12,697 nucleotides of DNA from an uncultured archaeon (lineage in GTDB: Archaea; Thermoproteota; Bathyarchaeia; Bathyarchaeales; Bathycorpusculaceae). The notes below the pieces were generated by a model. It was not told where the DNA came from. It searched no databases and saw only the letters and a list, made by a program, of their open reading frames with translations. This document shows, in pieces, positions 1 through 7,519 of the stretch; position 1 is the stretch's first letter, and each line of letters starts with the position of its first letter. The translations under genes and the position numbers were made by a program. Where the stretch lies: assembly GCA_963782915.1 (NCBI GenBank), contig CAWALK010000013.1:1-12697 (forward strand), read 5' to 3'.

Positions 1-523
1 CCATCAACCTGACCATTTCTTTTTCAACTTGTAAATGTGCTTTAAAGTGAGCATTGTACAAGTTAACAACCTTGTATAGCCAATACACCACCCCAACGCC
101 CAGCGTAACTAAAGTAATTATTGCATATGTTTTTATCGGTATCGTCTGCGGCATAAAAACTCGTTCTGGCAAAGTAGCTGCAAGATAAGCATCCTTTTTG
201 CTTTCGTGGACCCGCAAATCCTTAGACAATAATACAAGAATGAAAACGGGCACAACTAAAATTATACTGACTGCCCATGCCTTAGCATTCATCACTTTGA
301 TCCGTTCATTTAATACAGGTGGCTCCTTCCCTTGAGCTTTCAGGTAAACTGCAACCTGTTTCTCAAACTCCGTCTCGCTGTGGAAATGCCTGTTTCTGCC
401 TTCGACTAAACGGTAAAACATCGGGAAAAACGCTACGCCAAAAGTCACGACTGCCCCCAGAAACCACATGGAAAACCAGACTTTACGGTCGCTTCCACCT
501 TTAATTTGCATAGCGGTTTCCAT
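1..523 (-). CDS. DUF4234-like integral membrane protein (3' end runs off the window; absent from the ORF track)
   Basis: ATG at 523-521 opens a frame with no stop to the window edge: METAMQIKGGSDRKVWFSMWFLGAVVTFGVAFFPMFYRLVEGRNRHF...TYAIITLVTLGVGVVYWLYKVVNLYNAHF. It has three hydrophobic segments and a TLGxxxxYWLYK motif typical of DUF4234. Confidence 0.7.
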   Translation of the reverse strand, partial: METAMQIKGGSDRKVWFSMWFLGAVVTFGVAFFPMFYRLVEGRNRHFHSETEFEKQVAVYLKAQGKEPPVLNERIKVMNAKAWAVSIILVVPVFILVLLSKDLRVHESKKDAYLAATLPERVFMPQTIPIKTYAIITLVTLGVGVVYWLYKVVNLYNAHFKAHLQVEKEMVRLM

Positions 524-568
524 TTATGTTCAACTTTCCATTTGGGTTGCTTACAAGGTTGGGGTAGC

Positions 569-581
569 CAAACTTTATAAG
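569..581 (+). promoter_or_regulatory. Putative archaeal BRE/TATA promoter of the glycosyltransferase operon
   Basis: CAAAC-TTTATAA (TATA at 574-580) about 28 nt before ATG 608, in the divergent intergenic region. Confidence 0.5.
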
Positions 582-607
582 TTCTTCCATTGGCTTCTTA
601 AAATAAA

Positions 608-1305
608 ATGCGCCCAAGCAAAATGCTGCTTTCTGTAATTATTCCTGTTTATAATGAGGAACAAACAGTCGGCAACATCATTGACCGCACGAAAAAAGCT
701 CTGCAGCAACAAGGCTTAGATTTTGAAATAATTGTTGTTGATGATCAGTCACATGACAGATCATTTGAAGTGGCAAAAAGACATAGCGTTAGGCTCTACT
801 CTCTGAAACAGCATTTAGGCAAAGGCTATGTTCTACGCGCTGGATTCGCACAAGCAAAAGGCGACATCATAGTCACCATTGACTCAGATGGGTCCCATCG
901 ACCGGAAGAATAGCTGAAGTTTTGGCCCCTGTTCTCCAAGACAAAGCAGATATGGTAATAGGTTCCAGATACCTAAATCATAAACAGGTTGCTGCAAGAA
1001 AACTCAATCGATTTGGTGTACGGATCTTCAATTTCCTAATTCAACTATTTACTGGAACAGCCAGCACCGATTCCCAGTCTGGCTTCCGCGCCATGAAACG
1101 GGAAGTTATCGAAAAGCAAAAGCTATACGCTCGCGAATATGAAATAGAATCGGAAATGCTAGTTAAGACGGCCAAAGCAGGCTTTAGGGTAGCTGAAGTG
1201 CCGATTAGCTTTGAGCAGCGCACATATGGCCGCTCAGGTGTTGATCCTTTATGGGATGGTTCAAAAATTTTATACTCAATTTGGCTTGCTCGTTTTAGGG
1301 GATAA
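608..1305 (+). CDS. GT2 glycosyltransferase, DPM1/dolichol-phosphate sugar synthase-like; split by a 1-nt deletion near 910
   Basis: Motifs SVIIPVYNEE, IIVVDDQSHD, GKG, VTIDSDGSHxPEE and DSQSGFRA. Adding one base at GAAGAA-TAGCT restores EE(I/L)AEVLAPV and joins ORFs 608..913 and 922..1305. Confidence 0.85.
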
Positions 1306-1308
1306 CAA

Positions 1309-2298
1309 ATGGCTGAAGACGGAACTGCGAAAGTTTCAATCGTTGTTGCATCCTACAACAGCCAAGACACAATAGAAGAATGCCTCAAATCCATTTTAGC
1401 GCAGAATTATCCAAAAGATGCCTTTGAAGTCATAGTTATGGACGGCGAAAGTAAAGATAACACGGTCAAAATCGCCCAGCAATTTCCCATTAAAGTCTTA
1501 TCTATTCGTCTGAATTGTCCAGCTGCCTACAATTATGCGATGAAAATCGTCGCCTATCCTATACTGGGATTTATCGATGCGGACGCTAAAGTTGAACCAG
1601 ATTGGCTCAAAAAAGTCACACCCCATCTAGCCGAGCCCGGAGTGGCTGGCGTTAGCGGCAGTATCGAAACTTGGAACGCTGATAATCCGTGGGCAAGAAG
1701 CATCGGTTACGAACTCAAAAGCCGCTACAGACGTATAGGCAAATATACAGGTCGTATAGCAACCATGAACTTGCTGCTCAAAAAATCAGTCATCGAGGAA
1801 GTGGGTGGATGGGACGAGAAATTGCCGAGTCAATATGATACTGATTTTGGGTTTCGTATGAGTGGCAGGGGCTACAAGATTGCTTATGAACCTACCGCTG
1901 TATGTTACCATTTTAATCGCCCGACGTTGAAGGCGTTCTATCGCCAGCAGTTGCAGTATGGCAAGAACACGCTTAAACTATACTTTAAACATGGGCACCT
2001 AGCGAAAGGTGACGAAATCACTGATGTAGGTATGAACATTCAGCCCATCTTGCTGTTGGCTGTGGTTGTATCTTTTCTTTTGGGTATCATTCCACAGATT
2101 CGATTGCTGTGGGTTGTTTCGGGTTTAATCTTGTTGTCGATTTTTGTTTACTTTGTTTACTCAGCCGTGAAGTTATCGGTCAAATTTAGTGATCGGTCTG
2201 CGATGAGGCTTGTTGTGCTCTATTATGTGCGATCGGCGGCGTGGTTTGTAGGTGCCGTTTCAACTACAATTCGATACCTGATCAGGAGGAACAGGTAA
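1309..2298 (+). CDS. GT2 glycosyltransferase with C-terminal membrane segments
   Basis: Motifs VSIVVASYN, VIVMDGESKD, FIDAD (DxD), GGWDE and a RQQLQYG QxxRW-like motif; hydrophobic C-terminus. Confidence 0.9.
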   Translation: MAEDGTAKVSIVVASYNSQDTIEECLKSILAQNYPKDAFEVIVMDGESKDNTVKIAQQFPIKVLSIRLNCPAAYNYAMKIVAYPILGFIDADAKVEPDWLKKVTPHLAEPGVAGVSGSIETWNADNPWARSIGYELKSRYRRIGKYTGRIATMNLLLKKSVIEEVGGWDEKLPSQYDTDFGFRMSGRGYKIAYEPTAVCYHFNRPTLKAFYRQQLQYGKNTLKLYFKHGHLAKGDEITDVGMNIQPILLLAVVVSFLLGIIPQIRLLWVVSGLILLSIFVYFVYSAVKLSVKFSDRSAMRLVVLYYVRSAAWFVGAVSTTIRYLIRRNR

Positions 2299-3494
2299 TG
2301 CCTCATAAAGTCTGCTTCATCTCCCCCGAGTACTGGCCGCTCTCTGGCGGAACAGGCGCATATGTATACTATCTCTCTAATGAACTGATGAAAAACGGCT
2401 ACCGAATCCAAATCGTAACCGGTTCAAACCAAACTCAGGATGTCCAAGTCAACCCAAATCTCAACGTGTCCTTTCTAAAAATTCCCAAAATGCCCATAGT
2501 CAAATCTTTCCTGCTCGCAGGCAACAGCTACAGAAAACTCCAAAGCTTCCGCACCACCGCCAATATCGACATCACCCATCCGCAGTTGCCGTTGACACCA
2601 AGTTTTGCGGTTCCACCGAGATTTGGAAAAGCCCTCGTATGCACAGTTCACTCAACATGGAAAGGCGAAGCAGAAGCCATACGCGGCGAACCCTACAGCC
2701 GCCTAAACGCCAACGAAAAATTCCTTGTGAGTTTTAACTGGTTTTTACGTTTCTTCGAAGAAGGCATGATTCATAGAGCCAGAAAAATCATCGCGGTCAG
2801 TCACTTCACAAAATGGGAACTCACCAAATACTACAAGATTCCAGCCCACAAAATCCAAGTTATCCACAACGGCGTAGACATTAAGAAGTTCCAGCCAGCC
2901 GTCGACAAAAGAAAAGTCAAGGTGGCGATGGGGCTTAACCCCGATGACTTAGCCATCGTCTCGGTCGGGCGTCTCTATGCCCGTAAAGGGCTCTTTACCC
3001 TAATCGAATCCATGCCCGATATCATCAAGAAGTTTCCAAAAGCCAAATTCATCATCAGCGGCAAAGGCCAAAGCGATGAAATGCACAAACTCAACGCCCA
3101 CGCTGAGCGCTTAGGAGTCAGAGGCAACATAGTCTTCACAGGCTACACTCCCGACCGAGAACTGCCAAAACTCTACCAAGCCGCAGACGTCTTCGCTTTC
3201 AGCACCTTCTATGAGCATCACCCGTTCGCCGTGTTGGAGGCATTGGCAACAGGCTTGCCCGTGGTCACCACCACCGTGGGGGGTATTCCCGAAACCATCG
3301 ACAGCGGCAAAAACGGCTTTCTCGTGGAACCTTTCAATCCCAAGCAGTTTAGCGAAAAAATCCTGTACCTGCTCGAGCACCCAGCGGGGGCAGCGGAAAT
3401 GGGTGCAAAAGCGCGGAAGACGGTTGTGGAGCAACTGGATTGGCGTATAGTCGTCAAAGACGCCATGAAAGTCTATGATGAAGCGCTAAGATAA
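2298..3494 (+). CDS. GT4 (GT-B fold) glycosyltransferase
   Basis: ATG 2298 overlaps the upstream stop (TAATG). Motifs EYWPLSGGTG, IIAVS, VIHNGVD, VGRLYARKG and EHHPFAVLEALATGLPVV (EX7E). Confidence 0.92.
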   Translation: MPHKVCFISPEYWPLSGGTGAYVYYLSNELMKNGYRIQIVTGSNQTQDVQVNPNLNVSFLKIPKMPIVKSFLLAGNSYRKLQSFRTTANIDITHPQLPLTPSFAVPPRFGKALVCTVHSTWKGEAEAIRGEPYSRLNANEKFLVSFNWFLRFFEEGMIHRARKIIAVSHFTKWELTKYYKIPAHKIQVIHNGVDIKKFQPAVDKRKVKVAMGLNPDDLAIVSVGRLYARKGLFTLIESMPDIIKKFPKAKFIISGKGQSDEMHKLNAHAERLGVRGNIVFTGYTPDRELPKLYQAADVFAFSTFYEHHPFAVLEALATGLPVVTTTVGGIPETIDSGKNGFLVEPFNPKQFSEKILYLLEHPAGAAEMGAKARKTVVEQLDWRIVVKDAMKVYDEALR

Positions 3495-3496
3495 TC
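3423..3496 (+). repeat. Direct repeat copy 1 (last 23 codons, stop and TC of GT4)
   Basis: 63/74 nt identical to 4209..4282 with no gaps (hand alignment). Confidence 0.9.
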
Positions 3497-3532
3497 GCCG
3501 TTTTTAGGCTCATCATCAGCAGATTCTCATCA

Positions 3533-3543
3533 ATCTTTAAAAG
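3533..3543 (+). promoter_or_regulatory. Putative TATA box of the MNT-HEPN operon
   Basis: TTTAAAAG at 3536-3543, about 29 nt before ATG 3572. Confidence 0.45.
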
Positions 3544-3571
3544 GTAACAACCCAACTTTATCTCGATACAA

Positions 3572-3865
3572 ATGCCAACGGTAGAGAAGCTAAAAGCGAT
3601 TTTGGCTTTACATAAAGAGAATTTAAAGAAGAATTATAAGGTCAAAGAAATCGGTATTTTTGGGTCTTACGTTCGACATGAGCAGAAAAAGAAAAGCGAT
3701 CTAGACGTTTTGGTTACCTTCTCTGAAACAATTGACCTCTTCACGTTTGTTGAGCTTGAAAACTATTTGAGCGATATTTTAGGGGTTAAAGTTGACCTTG
3801 TTATGAAAGATGGGATTAAACCTCGCCTCAAAGAGAGGATTTTAAGCGAGGCTGTTTACGTTTGA
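3572..3865 (+). CDS. mntA: Minimal nucleotidyltransferase (MNT) antitoxin, type VII TA
   Basis: 97 aa with GIFGSYVRHEQKKKSDLDVLV (GSx10DxD) and KVDLV; overlaps the downstream HEPN gene. Confidence 0.92.
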   Translation: MPTVEKLKAILALHKENLKKNYKVKEIGIFGSYVRHEQKKKSDLDVLVTFSETIDLFTFVELENYLSDILGVKVDLVMKDGIKPRLKERILSEAVYV

Positions 3866-4203
3866 GAGACTTTCAAGTCTACCTTGAAGACATAATTGAC
3901 GCATTAAACAGCATAGAAGCATACACTAAAGGGCTCACCTATGAGGCGTTCGTTAACGATAGAAAAACCGTTGATGCAGTAATAAGAAACTTTGAGATTA
4001 TCGGTGAAGCAGCCAAACAAGTTCCCCTTTCAATTCGACGAGAGTACTCCAAAGTGCCTTGGAGGGATATGGCTGGAATGCGCGACAAGCTAATACATGG
4101 CTATTTTGGGATTCAGTTAGATGTTGTTTGGAAAACTATCAAAGAGCGTTTGCCGCCACTTCGGCTTTTACTGCTTGACGCTTTAGCAGATATGAAGAAA
4201 TAA
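3862..4203 (+). CDS. hepT: HEPN (DUF86) ribonuclease toxin, type VII TA
   Basis: 113 aa with DAVIRNFEIIGEA and PWRDMAGMRDKLIHGY (RX4HXY); 4-nt overlap with MNT. Confidence 0.92.
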   Translation: MRDFQVYLEDIIDALNSIEAYTKGLTYEAFVNDRKTVDAVIRNFEIIGEAAKQVPLSIRREYSKVPWRDMAGMRDKLIHGYFGIQLDVVWKTIKERLPPLRLLLLDALADMKK

Positions 4204-4208
4204 GATCC

Positions 4209-4282
4209 GTTGAGCAGCAGCTGGATTGGCGTATTGTAGTCAAAGAAGCCATGAAAGTTTACGATAAAGCGCTAGAATAATC
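4209..4282 (+). repeat. Direct repeat copy 2: orphan GT4 C-terminal fragment VEQQLDWRIVVKEAMKVYDKALE*
   Basis: Matches the GT4 C-terminus VVEQLDWRIVVKDAMKVYDEALR* at 18/23 aa and 63/74 nt; begins 5 nt after the HEPN stop. Confidence 0.9.
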
Positions 4283-4383
4283 CTAAGTGCCTATCTGGCA
4301 GACCAGACACTGGTAAACTTGACAAAAGCATTGTAATAATGTTTAAGGGCATTCTTCCTGCTAGGGTATCTGGCTGGTTGGGT

Positions 4384-4963
4384 TTGAGGGGTAAGTTATG
4401 GTCAATCGAGCAAGAGCGGCAACTGCGAAAGCTCGTCGCAGAGGGAGTTGGTATTGCCGAGATTTCTAGGGTTATGGGTAAGACGCGTGTTTCTGTGAGG
4501 TCTAAAATGTACCATTTAGGTTTGTCTGTAGTTGATGCAGCAGCTGTTTCCCCGACCATTGCTGTATCAGTTGCATCAATTGCATCAGTTGCATCAACTC
4601 CTGAACCCATTATCGACCATGCACCCCTTGATGATGCCCCCTCGCAGGTTCCAATTATAGACCATCAACCCGCTGCTGATCTCTGCCTCTGTGCCTTGTC
4701 CTAGTGAGGTTGACGCCTTTGCGGCTCAACTCAAGGAGAATGCACCTTTGCCTACCATTGAGGAGCAGCTTCATGTTTTGAACGCTGCGATAGTAGAATT
4801 GCGCAGGCCAGGTATTAGCCGGGCTGAAGTTGCAAGGAACTCAAAGATTATTGAGGGCGTAAAAGTCTACAATGACCTGTTCGCTAAATTTGTCGATTAC
4901 CGAGGGCTCGAAACTAAAGTCTTGGAGTTAGAAAAACGGCTTGCGAGCGAAAAAAACCCGTAA
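4384..4963 (+). CDS. HTH (GcrA-N/Myb-like) plus helical/coiled-coil protein, candidate small terminase subunit; one frameshift between 4661 and 4701
   Basis: Likely TTG start at 4384 (MRGKLWSIEQERQLRKLVAEGVGIAEISRVMGKTRVSVRSKMYHLGL), then a low-complexity linker. It continues in ORF 4691..4963 (LPTIEEQLHVLNAAIVEL...DYRGLETKVLELEKRL) and overlaps the terminase start by 23 nt. Joining the two ORFs is inference. Confidence 0.6.
4561..4665 (+). repeat. Intragenic repeats: three 9-bp units (RTTGCATCA) and a PIIDH motif repeated at 45-bp spacing
   Basis: GTTGCATCA-ATTGCATCA-GTTGCATCA at 4570-4596; CCCATTATCGACCAT (4606-4620) versus CCAATTATAGACCAT (4651-4665). Confidence 0.75.
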
Positions 4964-6401
4964 TGTGCAGAGTCGTCGGAGATTCAACGCCAAAGAAATC
5001 CAAGCACACTGGCAAAACCTGGACGAAGCATACAGAATTCGCCAGCAAGCCACACACGCAAGAGTCGAAGCAGTTAAGGGTGACACGGCAGCGTTCTTCC
5101 AGCAAATCTGCCGCCTCAAAGCCTTCAGCTACCAGTTGGAACTCGCAAAGTTGTACCGTGAAAACCAGTTTTTGGCGGTTAGGTGGCCAAGGCAGACAGG
5201 CAAGAGCACATCGATTGGAGCATTGCTGCTGCAGGATGCCTACGAGAACAACGACTTAAGCATTGCATTCATTGGTCCGAGCTGGCGCCAAACCAAGCTT
5301 AACCTCCGACGTGTAGCGGGATTTTGCCGCAATCTGCCCCAAGGAACCTGCCATGTGCAGAAAACCAGAATTAGCTTTGAAAACGGCTCGTTCATCGAAG
5401 CCTTCCCCAACAACCCCGACACCACCCGAGGCAACACATTCCATCGTGTCTGGTGGGACGAAGTCAACTTCACCCAAGGCGACGACGACCTATACGACGC
5501 CCTCCTATACACCCTGGGAACCACAAACGGCAAACTCGTAGCCAGCAGCACCCCATTTAACACTGACTCACTGTTTTGGAGAATGTGCAACCACAAAAGA
5601 TTCGCAAACTATGCAAAACACCACTTTTCCTACGAGGCCGCACTTGAACCAAACGGTCCATTGAATGCGCAGATGATTGAGCGGATCAAGGAACAGTTTG
5701 GGGATGACCCAAGCCGTTGGCGTCGGGAGATGGAGGCTGAGTGGGCTGAAGATGAGGATGTGTGGCTTGCTCAGAGCTTGATTGTTTCGTGTATTGGCAC
5801 TAAAAAGAACTGCGGACAAGACCTCGAAGAATACGACACGGAGAAGAGTTGCAGCGGCGAGTTTTTCTTGGGCTTAGACATCGGTCAAGTAAGAGACTAC
5901 ACATCGCTAAGCATCGTAGAACTGGTCGACGATACGATTTATTTGAGGCATCAAAAGCTTTTTCCGCATCCAACCACTCACGCACATGTCTTAGGCTACA
6001 TTAAGCGTCTGCAGGATCTGTGGGGCGGCTTCCAGAAGATCCGCGTCGACTTCACCCGAGAAGGTCCAAGCCTCATCAAGGATATGGAAAACGCAGGCAT
6101 AGAAAACGCTGAAGGCGTCAACTTTAGTGTCCCTCGCAAAAGCGAAATGGCAAGCCTACTAAAACAACGCATGCAAAACCAACAATTCCGCTTTCCACTG
6201 CTCACTTGGGAGAAGCCTTACCGAAGCGACATCTGCAGTGAACTTAACGTTGAGAAATATCAACTGCGCAAGGATGGCAACATAGGATACAGCCACCCAA
6301 ACGGCACCCACGACGACGTCTTCTGGAGCATAGCATTAGCCGTATACGCAACAACCGACATGGCACCTGAACCCTTCTTAACAGTAGTTCCCCGAAGCTA
6401 A
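4941..6401 (+). CDS. terL: Terminase large subunit (ATPase plus RNase H-like nuclease; Terminase_6-type)
   Basis: Adenine-binding YQ, Walker A WPRQTGKST, Walker B VWWDEV, coupling motif SSTP, nuclease LGLDIGQVRD, RVDFT and HDDVFWSIALA; uninterrupted 486 aa. Confidence 0.9.
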   Translation: MRAKKTRNVQSRRRFNAKEIQAHWQNLDEAYRIRQQATHARVEAVKGDTAAFFQQICRLKAFSYQLELAKLYRENQFLAVRWPRQTGKSTSIGALLLQDAYENNDLSIAFIGPSWRQTKLNLRRVAGFCRNLPQGTCHVQKTRISFENGSFIEAFPNNPDTTRGNTFHRVWWDEVNFTQGDDDLYDALLYTLGTTNGKLVASSTPFNTDSLFWRMCNHKRFANYAKHHFSYEAALEPNGPLNAQMIERIKEQFGDDPSRWRREMEAEWAEDEDVWLAQSLIVSCIGTKKNCGQDLEEYDTEKSCSGEFFLGLDIGQVRDYTSLSIVELVDDTIYLRHQKLFPHPTTHAHVLGYIKRLQDLWGGFQKIRVDFTREGPSLIKDMENAGIENAEGVNFSVPRKSEMASLLKQRMQNQQFRFPLLTWEKPYRSDICSELNVEKYQLRKDGNIGYSHPNGTHDDVFWSIALAVYATTDMAPEPFLTVVPRS

Positions 6402-6404
6402 GAT

Positions 6405-6450
6405 CAAGTCAGGGTTAATTACTTGAGTTAGTGGGGCTCGCTGGGATTTG
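6405..6450 (+). repeat. Degenerate direct repeat copy A (tRNA 3' end plus trailer)
   Basis: CAAGTCAGGGTTAA-N12-GTGGGGCTCGCTGGGATTTG resembles 8754..8796. Confidence 0.45.
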
Positions 6451-6533
6451 AACCCAGGATCGCATACGCCTCAGGCATGTATTCTGAACCATCCTAGAGA
6501 ACGTATAGCCCTAGCCAGATTAGTCTACTACCG
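6432..6533 (-). tRNA. Degenerate/pseudo tRNA, Pro-like body with GAG anticodon
   Basis: Minus strand: anticodon arm CATGC-CTGAGGC-GTATG, 5-nt variable loop CGATC, perfect T arm CTGGG-TTCAAAT-CCCAG, 3' acceptor CGAGCCCC-A. The 5' acceptor strand and D arm are imperfect, so the 5' boundary is uncertain (6511 or about 6534). Confidence 0.6.
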
Positions 6534-6545
6534 ATAATTTTTTCT

Positions 6546-7480
6546 TCAATCTTTAAAGTAAATGATTCTTAATTTCAACAATTCCAAAAGATAGATCTGA
6601 GCGCTGTCAATTATGCTCTCGCTCAATGCTTGCAGACTTATAGTATAATCCCTTTGGTGCGCTATTGGATTCAGCTTCTCATAGGAATCTCTAATATTTT
6701 TGCTCAGTTCGTCTATTGGTCTTAAAACATCATCGGTTAAGGATTCATTTGACCCTAAGAGTACATATTTTGCTCTTTGACGTTGAGTTGGTTTGCCATT
6801 TTCCAATTCTGGCTTGAACCATTTTGTGGAGGTCACTTTGTCATCAGGTGCCAATGTAACTAATATATCGGAAATAAGTTCCCTTGCAGAGTTAGCGGCC
6901 TGTGAGAATCTATCCTCATTTGCAGTGTCATTGAGTGTGTACCAAGCACCCTCAAGTTTAGTTACCAATCCGCCATTAATATTTTTCAGCATTGGACTAA
7001 GTTGATTTTTTCTGTCATTGGGTGTGGGTTCATTCATTTTATTTATTGTATAAGAAACAGGTTCAGTATCAATCATTGACTTTGTCAAATAAACTGCTGA
7101 TGATGTCATTGTCGTTAATACTGCAGTTGATGTTGACACTGTACCAGCAAAGACATAGCTTTCATTCTTTACTTTCTCAGAAGTATAGAGAACATTTTTG
7201 GCTGATTCTTTTTCAGAAACACTGAGACTATACATTCCAGCAAGTGAGCCCCCTGTTGCGTTATTAATTGGAAGATAAGCATCCGATTTGAAAACATCCC
7301 TAATCTGGCACAAGCGGGTTAGGTCATGTGTCCTACAGATTTGTTAATATCAGTTTTTGCTTGACTTGTATTTTTAAGGGCTTCTTCCTTTAATGTGATA
7401 GCTTCGTCTATGTTTTCAATAATGGGCTTTTTCTTCTTTGCCCACTCTTTCTTATCCTTCTCTTTGTTTTCTTCAGTCAT
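6546..7480 (-). CDS. Protein with a C-terminal predicted pPIWI-associating nuclease-like (pP_pnuc_1, HEPN-like) domain; frameshift between 7319 and 7343
   Basis: The C-terminus EGAWYTL...DRFSQAANSARELISDILVTLAPDDKV...GKPTQRQRAKY...LNPIAH matches my recollection of this family. A 53-aa ORF at 7480..7319 (MTEENKEKDKKEWAKKKK...) overlaps the open frame of ORF 7313..6546 and follows a TATA box. Confidence 0.6.
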
Positions 7481-7502
7481 AATGATTCAGCAATATGGTG
7501 TT

Positions 7503-7519
7503 TAGATATAAATAATCTA
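7503..7519 (-). promoter_or_regulatory. TATA box embedded in a short inverted repeat
   Basis: Minus-strand TTTATAT about 27 nt before ATG 7480; TAGAT-N7-ATCTA dyad at 7503-7519. Confidence 0.4.

Noticed and set aside
319-504. 61-aa plus-strand ORF
   Set aside because: Antisense shadow of the longer DUF4234-like minus-strand gene.
911-913. TAG in the GT2 gene as pyrrolysine/amber read-through
   Set aside because: The GT2 homology continues in a different frame, so this is an indel and not an in-frame amber.
2241-2297. Upstream GTG start for GT4 given in the ORF track
   Set aside because: It overlaps the previous gene by 58 nt; ATG 2298 in a TAATG junction gives a normal GT4 N-terminus.
4293-4314. 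Small hairpin TCTGG-CAGA-CCAGA upstream of the HTH gene as a pac/cos or att site
   Set aside because: Only a 5-bp stem and no matching copy found elsewhere by eye; not supportable.
4272-4610. 112-aa minus-strand ORF with DAT/DAI repeats
   Set aside because: Antisense reading of the HTH gene's 9-bp repeats; no independent motif.
4914-6205. Short alternative-frame and antisense ORFs within TerL (and similar ones within the GT, HEPN-like, DUF362 and radical SAM genes)
   Set aside because: Fully nested in well-supported genes and lacking recognisable motifs.
6432-6511. Functional canonical tRNA-Leu(GAG)
   Set aside because: No long variable arm, and the acceptor stem and D stem are imperfect.
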